A stretch of DNA of 64,000 bases, taken from contig OZ037768.1 in NCBI GenBank assembly GCA_964035545.1, positions 24,585,319-24,649,318 on the forward strand, in the 5' to 3' direction. The notes below the pieces were generated by a model. It saw only the letters and a program-made list of their open reading frames with translations. It ran no database searches and was not told the origin of the DNA. A program made the translations under genes and the position numbers. Each line of letters begins with the position of its first letter. Position 1 is the stretch's first letter. The stretch is from Bugula neritina (lineage: Eukaryota; Animalia; Bryozoa). Shown in pieces: positions 53,247 through 64,000 of the stretch.

Positions 53247-53741
53247 GTGAATCAGACAACCCGGCCCTCATGGTGCTCGATGTAGCCAAGTAATGGCAAC
53301 TCTATGTGCTCCTCAGTCACTTAGTTAAGCTGATAACTATCTTTCCTGGTTAAAATACTCATCTTTGAGTTTTACTAGTTATTTACTTTAATTCAATATT
53401 ACAAAAAGTTTTTCAACCTCTTGAATTATGCATTTAATAAATCTTTTTATGATTGTTTGTTTTGCTATGCATATAAAACAAATAAACAAAACAAGTAACA
53501 TTTTTATAGTTTATTGCATAGAAACAAATATATATAATGTAAAATGCAATAGTAGGTGTTCAACGTATAGTCTTTAGTGAATACCAAAATAATATAATAT
53601 GATACTTCAATAACCTTTACATCTATGATAGTTACTAATAGTGAGTTGTATGTATCACAAGGAGTTGTCACACCATCTCAGCACATTTATCTGTTTACCT
53701 GTTACCTAGCAACATGTCATTTAGTAAGGATAGTTGACAAA

Positions 53742-56700
53742 CTAACAGTCTAATGTGGTCAGCAGTTTACTCTCAGTCTCGCTGATTTCTGCTGCTCTTA
53801 TCTCATCAAGGACACTGCGGAATGATTCGACACTGACGTGACCTTTAGGGTGTCGCCGTGCTGCCTCATCGTAAATCTCATCAAACTGCTGGAGGGTCAT
53901 GTGAGCTCCTATTCCAAAGAACACCTCTCGGATCTACAAGACAATACAATATCAGCCTACTCATTGGCTAACTTTTCATTAGCTGACTTCTCATTGGCTG
54001 ACTGCTCATTGGCTAACTATTCATTAGCTGACTTCTCATTGGCTAACTACTTATTAGCTGACTTCTTATTGGCTAGCTACAGATTATGGACTCCAGCTCT
54101 AATCCACGTATATTCTATAAACACTTAAACTTGGCTACAGCTTTTTTAGCATGGACATGGCGATGGCTAGCTATTCACCTGCTCTTTACTTCTGGGGACA
54201 AGAAAGTCTTGCTCATACACTCCTTTGTTGGAGTAAATTGATGGATTTACGAGAGCCAAGGATGTAGCCTCATCTCCATAGTTTTTATGATCAGATATAC
54301 TCTTGTAACGGGGTGCAGGTAAGTCGTACCGCACTGTAGGAGTACCGTATGTTCTCCACCCTACAACCAACATCGGATCTCATAGAAAACAATGAAAGTT
54401 AATCAACATTTTGGCTGCAACAATCATGCAAATTGACTATTCAAACAGACTAAAACTTAGTCTACAAAAATCTACTATATGCTGGCTGATAAACACTTTA
54501 TTTAGAGAGTGTATGAATCTTAGCATAAAAATATATATAGACTGAGTACCAGAGACTGGGGAATAAACCTGTACCTCGAGCAGACATGCCGTTCCCTCCA
54601 TTAATGACAGCGGAGCTAGTGCGATGACCTCCTATTGCCTCATCAATCTGATTCTGCAGACGGCCTGGAGTTGCCTCTCTCGCATTGTGTACAGTCTTAG
54701 TGCCGTCAGCTTCCTCTGATACCTGTGGAAGGAAACAGCAGAATAGAGAACTCTTCTTAGCTTCACTATTCTACCCAGTATAAGTGATAATGTAACAAAT
54801 CACAACTTTCTAGCAGTATTTCTGAAAGATTCTATCATATATGTAGTTATCAACAAATATTTCCAGATATTCAACTGACTCTGCATATTTCAATGTGGCT
54901 CACCTGCACTTCGGTGACTCCACTAGGCATGTTAATGTTGAGAAAGTTGGCAAACTCTTTGTAGTCAATGAAACCATCTCTGTCTACGTCACAGTAGTCC
55001 ATCACATTCGCCAATAGCTCAGGTTCTGTTGGTAGATTGTACTGCCAACAGGCTGTAGCAAGATCTCTCAGGCTAATCCTTCCTTTTCCTTCCTACACAG
55101 AATAATAGTTACCATATACAGTTATACACTATAAGATTACCTTCACCTGCTAGTAGATTATACCTTCACCTGCTAGTAGATTATACCTTCACCTGCTAGT
55201 AGATTATACCTTCACTTGCTAGTAGATTATACCTTCACCTGCTAGTAGACTATACCTTCACCTGCTAGTAGATTATATCTTCACCTGCTATAGTAGATTA
55301 TACCTTCACCTGCTAGTAGACTATACCTTCACCTGCTAGTAGACTATACCTTCACCTGCTAGTAGATTATACCTTCACCTGCTAGTAGATTATACCTTCA
55401 CCTGCTAGTAGATTATACCTTCACCTGCTAGTAGATTATACTAACTACAGAGTCTAATGTGTCTCTTACCTTGTCATAGAATCTGAAAGCTGAGAGTAGG
55501 TTATCAAAGTTCTGAAAGTTGGCCTTCTTCAGTTGGTGTCTCAGCGCCGCAACGACCCCCCTCTGGTGATCTTGTCCTCTCAGTTCTCGGTTCACTCCTC
55601 TCTGGTGTATCAAGTCACCAGCCCCGTACTGGCCCGGCTTTACTAGCATCCCAAACACGTGGTCTGGTCCCACTTTCATGGTTTCCTTTATTCTATAGCA
55701 GTGCAAAAGGGTAAAGATGTTATTTTAAGTAATTGATAGTTCTAAAAACTTAAAACACTGAAATTTTTTAAATTTGATGAAATTATATCAGGAGACCCCT
55801 TAATTGAGAAAGCACTAATAACAAATTGTGTTGTGCAATTGTAAAGCATCATACTGAGTGGGAGTCACAAACTATATTGATTACAGCTAGTTCTACAACA
55901 ACACATAACTAGCACTTACGGGTCTCTAGTCTGTCCTAGCTGATCTTGGTATTTCTCTCTCCAGTCATCTAACCTTTTATTAACTATTTTTGCTGCCTTC
56001 TCTGTTTGAAGTTCATGAACCCATTTGAGTGATTTGTAGGTCATAGATCCAGCATTATCATGTGGCGTGGGCTGCCCAAACTGTGTATCCCTGGAGAAAT
56101 GATCTGAAGGGTATTTCCTGTTCACCTGTTGACCAGGGTTATAATCCTTATGAGAGAAGACATACATGTCATGCGCCTCAGCTGCTTCTCTCTGTACTTG
56201 TTCGTAAGGTTTGGGTGGGCTCACCAGCTCCCCAGCACTTCCATCTAATACGAATACAAGGCTTAAAAATATATGATTATGTTGAATGAATTGAATTACT
56301 GTAATAAGTAACTTCTTCAACATACTGCAATAATTTGTCAGGTGCTAATAAAATTTTGCTTGCATTGAAAACGTAAACTAATGGTAGGTATTTGATGCTG
56401 CACTCTGTTAAACAGTCATTGTCGAGCATATAATTTTTACAAAATTGAATTGCTCATATTATAAGAAATTTAGTGAATTACCTTTGACAGTCACTACACC
56501 ATATGAAAGATCCTTCCACGGATAATCCTTTGGGAAGCCAACAGACTGGTCATGTGACTTGCCTAAAGGTGCCACTTGTTTAGACTTGTACAAGCTGGAC
56601 TCGAGTTTGTCTTGCTGGTGCTGCTTGAAGAGTGGTTTGAGAGGAGGGTTCACCATTTCACCAGCTGTTGAAGAGGGCTGGGTGTTGATGCCGTGAGTCA

Positions 56701-57292
56701 TTTTCTCCGCCCACTGTAGGTGAGGATCAAAGGCTTTTCCATAGAACACTCTCTTCTTACCTGCCTCCGGAGCAAAGGTAGCTCTGAACCTTCGGATAGT
56801 GTCTGGTGAAGTCGGCTACAATGTATAACACTCACTTCACTAGAATGCTTGCACTAGGACACTTACACTAGTGTACGTACACTAGAATATTTACACTAGA
56901 ATACTTACACTAGAATACCTACAATAAAATACTTACACTAGAATAATGCTTATAGATATTGTCATTCAAAATTGAATTACTTACTCTTGGGGCAGTAGTC
57001 AGGCATTGCAACGCTGAGTCTCCAGCGGATGTCAGTTTTCCAGCCTATAAGTAACAAATAAAGCACTAAAAATAGTTTACTGTCTACAAAGTTGATTGAA
57101 ATATTTATGTAAATGTTGCTAGTTCAAGATTTAGCAATTAGTAAAATAACAACATACGGCTGTGAGAAACGGTGATCGGTCGATAAACTTTTGAGAGTAA
57201 AGGCCATGTGCTTGAGAGTTAGTCTCAGACGATGATGGTCTATTGTGAATAGGGGGAAGACGGTTGGAATCTAAAACTTCGGCGGCAGCCAT
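53742..57292 (-). CDS. EFHB: EF-hand domain family member B (CFAP21)
   Basis: Multi-exon gene. Motifs RVFYGKAFDP, YKSKQVAPLGKSHDQ, HDMYVFSHKDYNPGQQ, RHQLKKANFQNF, EF-hand CDVDRDGFIDYKEFANFLN, YGTPTVRYDLPAP..NYGDE and VSVESFR. Confidence 0.88.
55133..55440. repeat. 23-bp minisatellite in an EFHB intron
   Basis: Tandem copies of AGATTATACCTTCACCTGCTAGT. Confidence 0.9.
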
Positions 57293-59248
57293 ATTCACTT
57301 TTTGAATTAATATAAAAAGAGCTATAAACAACTTATGAGTGAATGGCTAGTTCGAAACTACCACTGAGAAGTTCAAGTTAACCTCTTAAGTCTTAGCTCT
57401 TACTATTCGTATTTAGACTAGTCAACTCAAATCGATAACGTAAAATATATAGTACTTTTGCTTTTTCTACAATTTTTCAGAGTTAAAATCTTCAATTCTC
57501 TGCTTATCCTTATAGCTGATTTACACTACCTCTGACTTGGATATGCATACTGATAGTGTTATTGTAGTAAGGTCTTTTCTTCACTATCTCGATAACCGTG
57601 ACTTATATTATTGTTGGCCTGTTGCTAGGCTGCCCTAGAAACTTATTCAATGTCAAGGATGCTTTTGGGTCATGTGCTTCCGTGAGTGACGTAACAAAAT
57701 TGGTCTTTTCATGGTGAGAGAACCTGTGGCGAAAGAATATATCAAGTCAAAGCTTTTATGGTTTTTAAATGTTTATTGCTTGCTGAAAAAAATAATAAAG
57801 TAAGCAAAACAAAGAATTTTTGTCCTTAAACATCATCAGAATAAATTTTTGCGTTTTTAATTTGAACCCAACAGCAATTTTTTTCGTAGCGCATTCTTCC
57901 AAATTTTCGTATTGCAAAGTGGGTGTCTTTCCTTTCAGAATATTTTACTTCCAGTGTTAAGTGAACTGGCAAATTATATTATTTAATCACAAAAAACATT
58001 TCTGCCTTTGCTCGTCTGGATTGTGCTTCTAAATCATCAATGGTGCATCTATAGGTGGTAAATGATAAAAGTCTAAAGGTCTAGAAGTAGAAGCGGATAA
58101 GTTAAACTTAAAGTTGTACTTGTCAACTTGAACTTGAAGCTAAACTCGAACTAAAACTGATATTCAGAGTTTAGGTTGAGCTCTTTCTTGGGCTAGTGTG
58201 AGTATGGCTATATGCACTTTTACTCTTACAGCTACCGGTGCTAATTTGGTTTAGTTAAAGTAGTAGTCTATCAATTAGAAATAGAATATCATAATGATAA
58301 TCATTTTAACGATGTCAATTTCAATTTGATAATTAATATCGATGTCAATATGGTTGACGCCACTGCAAGTCACGTTATGTCAATAAGTGAATAACACTAA
58401 CAGGCGGATCAAGGCATGATCACGACAAAAAAGTTTCAAGTCAAACGAATCAATCAATTGGGCTGACAAGAGTTGAACTTGGTCTGGAATTAAATGTAAA
58501 TCTTGGACTCACGATTTAAGGTTTAGTTTAACTTCAAGTTTAGAATTAGTCAAAAGCAATGATTAAAATAAAAATTTAATTTTTAGTATCAGCAGTAGTA
58601 CTAGTTGTGCACTGTTTCAGCCTCGAGGAAAGTTATTAAACTTATTATTTTTATAGTTAACTGTGTGTACCATACATAATAATATTGATGTTATTCATTT
58701 AACAAGTTGAATTGTGATAATAATAGTATTTTTCTTAAATATCTTGAATATTGGTTGCATGGATGATAAAACTATTATTGTTAGTATTAAATCGAATCAT
58801 ATTCTTTTATTCAATAGCCTCTAAAAGGAGGTTGAAAGGTTACCTTTAGTTCTAAGTATTTTAAAGTCTTATTTATTTATATTTGATGAAGTTGAATAAT
58901 AAAATAGTTGTCCCTTAAGTATGATTGCTGTTATGGTTAAAAGCTAATAATTATTAATTTCCTCAGAAGCTAATTGTCCAACACTATTGCTCAAATTTCG
59001 AAGACGGCTACTATTCAATTCAATTCTACTATTTGAGCAGTTCAGGTTGATGATTTTAGTAAGTCAATAGATCATAAATTTCCTGTAATCAAGTCAATAT
59101 GATGTTGATCAGCTTCTATATTTAATTTCTCGTTTATTACATTACCATTATTATGATTACGAATTACTTGTGGAGTCACTTGCCAGTGAGACATGCAGAT
59201 TGTATTAGCAGACAGAAGAATAGACAGTGTGTCTTGTAGTGGTGAGGT

Positions 59249-60422
59249 ATGGCAGCCAGAGGAGCAAGTGTGCAGAGACCAAATGGTGCCAGCCAAGGCA
59301 AGATCTGTCAGTTCAAGTTGGTGCTGTTGGGAGAGTCGGCTGTTGGCAAGTCCAGTCTGGTTCTACGTTTCGTGAAAGGACAGTTCCACGAGTACCAGGA
59401 GAGCACCATAGGAGGTGTGTGTATAATATATTATTATATATACCATAGGAGGTGTGTCTGTGCTACACAGCATATAACATGTCTGTATCACTGCAGCTGC
59501 CTTCCTCACACAGACCGTGTGTCTGGACGACACGACAGTCAAGTTTGAGATCTGGGACACGGCTGGCCAGGAGCGTTACCACAGTCTCGCCCCCATGTAC
59601 TACAGGGGGGCTCAGGCAGCCATCATCGTCTACGACATCACCAATCAAGTAATACTAGTACTACTATTATTACTACTACTTATACTACTAGTACTACTAG
59701 TATTAATACTACTAGTAGTACTACTACTATTACTACTACCACTACTACTACTTCTATTAATACTACTACTACTACTAGTACTACTACTACTACTATTAAT
59801 ACTACTACTACTACTAGTACTACTACTACTACTGCTACTGCTACTATTACTACTGTGTATCTATATTTCATTTAGGATACTTTCAACAGAGCTAAAAGTT
59901 GGGTGAAAGAGTTGCAGAGACAAGCAAACCCCAACATAGTGATAGCCTTGTCTGGGAATAAAGCCGACCTCGCTAACAAACGAATGGTTGAGTATGAGGT
60001 GAGTTAGGAGAGAATAACTCCTGTCTATTTACTGCCTATCAAACCTAGAGAGAGGGTAACTCCGAGAATGCATTTGTTCAGAGTGTAGCTGTGGTCACCA
60101 GATGTTTCAGTGCGCTTGTTTTATCTGCTACAGGAAGCCCAGGCTTACGCTGAAGAAAATGGATTATTATTTATGGAGACTTCAGCAAAGACAGCCATGA
60201 ATGTCAACGATATATTCCTAGCCATAGGTAAGTTGAGTACAAGGCAGGTGTGAATGTCAGTAAACAGTCAGTGTATGTGTGTTACAGTGTACACTTGTGA
60301 TTTCAGCCAAGAAGCTACCTAAAACTGACCCTGGTGCAAGAGGCCCTCAACAAGGAGCTGGTACAGTCCAAGTCAATGAGTCACAAGGTGGGCAGAAATC
60401 TGGTTGTTGTGGAGGAAAGTGA
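59249..60422 (+). CDS. RAB5: Rab5 small GTPase
   Basis: Exons 59249-59414, 59497-59648, 59876-59998, 60134-60227, 60307-60422. Motifs [47 protein letters not shown] and C-terminal CCGGK. Confidence 0.97.
59650..59853. repeat. (ACT)n microsatellite in a RAB5 intron
   Basis: Trinucleotide tract. Confidence 0.9.
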
Positions 60423-61749
60423 TGTAAGCCCCCCTCCTCCTTCCATCACTCTACAACTATATGCATGGAACTGAGTCTTGGCACTTCAGTGTTGTGCCAC
60501 GTCACAGCTGAATATACGTATTCCTACTCGACTTTCTCTATCAGTTGGAGTTGTGCACATTTTCATATACCTCTTATATGTATACATCTCCAACTACTCA
60601 CTCTCTACGTCACTAATGAAGGGGAGGGCAACTCCAATAATTCTGACATTAAAGTGATGTTCCATTCAGTCACATAGAACATTATAATTGGACTGTGGAC
60701 CTTTTTCACTTGCATTGTTTACTAATATAAATATTTATATAATTTCATGTATATCCTTATTGCACCTGGTTATGTCTGTTGGAAGAGTTTTATGCTGTAA
60801 AGGCAACCTTTAGATGTAGCATTTATCTGGCATTCCAAGTGATTTGTTGAGTAGCAGAGTTCATAGGATGAATAACTGCTACTAAGACATCCTAACTAGA
60901 ATGTCAACTGTATGTTTGTATTACACCACTTGCTTATCTGGTTGTTGAAATGCCTGTGATTATAACAGTTGATATAATTTGTACAAATTCTTCAAACTAA
61001 AAGCAGTTTTTCAGCTCTCTGATGTTTCAAGATAATTTACTATCCATAAGATTATTTATTAATTAACTGTTAAATTTGACCATTATCATCTTTGCTTGTG
61101 GGGCATATTATACTAGTGAAAAGAATATATTTAAATAAAGTCTATTTCTGATAATTATACACCATTGTATAGACATGAATCATTTTAATCTTCTAAAGTT
61201 GCTGGTTATGCTTTTCAACTCGTGATTGAAAGTAGAGATTTTTGGTAGATCAGCTATGTAACTATGAAATTGACCTGCAGCGATCAACACCTGTTTGAAA
61301 GCACTTGTTAACTTAATCAACTATGACTGCATTATGATGAGTACGTAATGACAGTAGTCAGTACTGTACGGTACCAATTAGTTAATACTTAGTGGAACTG
61401 CTAGTAGACTAGTGGTAGCAAACAGCCAGTTATTATTAATAAAATTTATGCAGTACACCGTCAGTGTCATGTGCGTTGGTTTTTTTTTATGGATTTGTTG
61501 ATGAATGCACAAGAAAATCAACATTATCATAGCATTAGGCTTAGCTGTAGTTAAAATGTTAATGTTATGGCAAGCCCATTTATTTAGGATTAATGATTAG
61601 TAGAATTGAACTAAAAAACACCGGTTTTGTAAACTTTAAAGTAGTAAACGACTAAAACTAAGTATTAATAATTATTATTTACTAATTAAAAACTTATAAG
61701 TAGTGTAACTCATAATGATAATGATGCAACTCAAAATTAATAACTATAA

Positions 61750-61925
61750 CTCGTTACGGGTATACTATTATAGTAAACTAGTACCAACATCAATTTCTGC
61801 ATCCTCACAGACCTTTCACAACAGTTTTCTCCCTCGAAGCATTAGAGATTTGAGGATACCACCTCATAACAGTTATCATAACACAAACTCAGCTTAGCTA
61901 TGTGCTAACCCCTTTACATTACAAT
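61750..61925 (+). mobile_element. 3' fragment of a non-LTR retrotransposon
   Basis: Translates to ..FHNSFLPRSIRD.., resembling the SFFPRTIxxWN tail of CR1/L2-group ORF2, and ends in TTACA repeats. Confidence 0.5.
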
Positions 61926-63071
61926 TAAAATATCCAAACTTAGCTACATGCTAGAATAGATGCATTTCAACACATGATAAACCCAAACAAAAACAACATA
62001 AGAGGCACTCACAATTTTGCGCCTGTAGGTGTTACTGTTAGCAGAGTGATCTAATTTTTACGAGGTGAGTTGTATAACTATAAGTCGATAATGAAATATC
62101 AATATGAATATGCTCATCATCATGATGATGATATTGATATCAATAGGAATAATTAATATAACATCATGTTGAATATCAAATTCAATATTAATATGATAAT
62201 CAATAGACATTGATAATTATATTATTACTAATAATATTATTCTAAGTCCAAGTCTACATTTGTGACCTTGACAAGTTTTAATTGATATTCTCAACGGCTG
62301 CACGTAAAAATATTACGCGTGGCTGTAACTGTGAGTTGGTCGTTATACTCGCCTTTTTATACCAAATAAATACAAACCGGATATTGCAAGCCACTAATAT
62401 ACATTCTGTAAATAATATTATCAATTGTACTTATACTTATAGCCTATAGGACAGTTAAACTTAATGTTATTTTCATGATTATGACTTATTAGGATGTGTA
62501 AAACTATTGGGACTAATTACCACAAATACACTAAAGCCATTATGACTATACTGTATACATAATGATAATGATAATCGGTTAACTCAAACTGAAACTGAAA
62601 GCATAATGATAATTCATAACATTTACATTGTGATTGTGATTCACTGATAGTGATAGTGATTGTCATCACCATCGTGATTATTATAACATTAACATAATGA
62701 TGAACTTTAAGTGATAATGGTAACCATAATCATAATGTAAATATCAATTCTTATGAGACAGAGATAAACTTTGTGTTTTCACTATAACTATTGTATTGGA
62801 CTTGGTTTTACTATTACTTGGTTACACTACTCACTACTGCCTACTTAGTCTTACCGTAACTATTACTGTTAGTGTTACTCGGACTCTTAGTTTTAGAGTT
62901 AGTCTTACTCAGAGGTTCTACAAATACAGATAAGAATATTTTTTGGCAAGATTCAAGTTGAAATTAGTTGCAATTAGCTTTGATTCATATAAATTAGTTC
63001 TTAAAACTGTTAATTAATTGATTTCAGTGTCAACTCATGTTGTTGTAGATTGTTGTATGTAAGGTTAGCCC

Positions 63072-63268
63072 ATGATGGTAACTACAGTTGTTATATCAGC
63101 CAACTCAGAAATGATGATTACATTCGAACTGCTCGTCTATCCATCTCTGGCTCTCATATTTATGATGCTCATTTATGGAGCATTCGGACCTAGAGTGCAA
63201 TTAGAGAGAAACATCACTCATCATCTCAACATCAATGTAGATAAATGCGCCTCTGAAGATTGTGTCAG
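63072..63268 (+). CDS. first coding exon of a type II membrane protein, possibly an M13 (neprilysin/ECE) peptidase
   Basis: Hydrophobic span LLVYPSLALIFMMLIYGAF, a short stalk, then CASEDCVR and donor AG|GTACTA. The rest lies outside the window. Confidence 0.35.
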
Positions 63269-63310
63269 GTACTAGGCTCTTAGTCTTACGAACTTTCTTG
63301 TCGATTGCTA

Positions 63311-64000
63311 TTCAACATAGGGGTGGATGTAGTAGTAATCAAAATAGGGGTGGATGTAGTGATAATCAACATAAGAGTGGATGTAGTAATATTCAACATA
63401 GGGGTGGATGTAGTAATATTCAACATAGGGGTGGATGTAGTAATATTCAACATAGGGGTGGATGTAGTAATATTCAACATAGGGGTGGATGTAGTAATAT
63501 TCAACATTCGGGTGGATGTAGTAATATTCAACATAAGAGTGGATGTAGTAATATTCAACATAGGGGTGGATGTAGTAATATTCAACATACGGGTGGATGT
63601 AGTAATATTCAACATTCGGGTGGATGTAGTAATATTCAACATAAGAGTGGATGTAGTAATATTCAACATAGGGGTGGATGTAGTAATATTCAACATACGG
63701 GTGGATGTAGTAATATTCAACATTCGGGTGGATGTAGTAATATTCAACATAAGAGTGGATGTAGTAATATTCAACATAGGGGTGGATGTAGTAATATTCA
63801 ACATAGGGGTGGATGTAGTAATATTCAACATTCGGGTGGATGTAGTAATATTCAACATAAGAGTGGATGTAGTAATATTCAACATAGGGGTGGATGTAGT
63901 AATATTCAACATACGGGTGGATGTAGTAATATTCAACATTCGGGTGGATGTAGTAATATTCAACATAAGAGTGGATGTAGTAATATTCAACATAGGGGTG
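63311..64000. repeat. 27-bp minisatellite
   Basis: TATTCAACATAGGGGTGGATGTAGTAA variants running to the window edge. Confidence 0.95.

Overview
Gene-dense animal (invertebrate, probably lophotrochozoan-type) genomic window with spliced genes. In order: ZNF532/592/687-like zinc-finger gene (-, runs off the left edge), MAU2 (+), GATAD2/p66 (+), LENG1 (-), LCMT2/TYW4 (+), a nuclear receptor resembling NR7/8 (+), RPS19 (-), PP2D1 (+), EFHB (-), RAB5 (+) and one exon of a possible M13 peptidase. Most internal introns carry their own private minisatellite, which explains most of the low-complexity ORFs in the track. Mobile DNA comprises a deleted LTR retrotransposon carrying a C2H2 zinc-finger ORF and an 87-bp array, a full-length TTAA-targeting (Kolobok-type) DNA transposon with one nonsense codon, two copies of a Harbinger-type MITE, a hAT-like MITE, a probable solo LTR and a LINE tail. 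The most unusual signal is a set of large, properly nested RNA secondary structures in the few unique-sequence introns of MAU2 and GATAD2. In MAU2 a ~890-nt fold spans two introns, pairs with the 5' splice site of a 78-nt exon and contains alternative splice sites that would introduce a stop codon. This is a candidate structure-controlled splicing/NMD switch, found by eye and not yet tested computationally.
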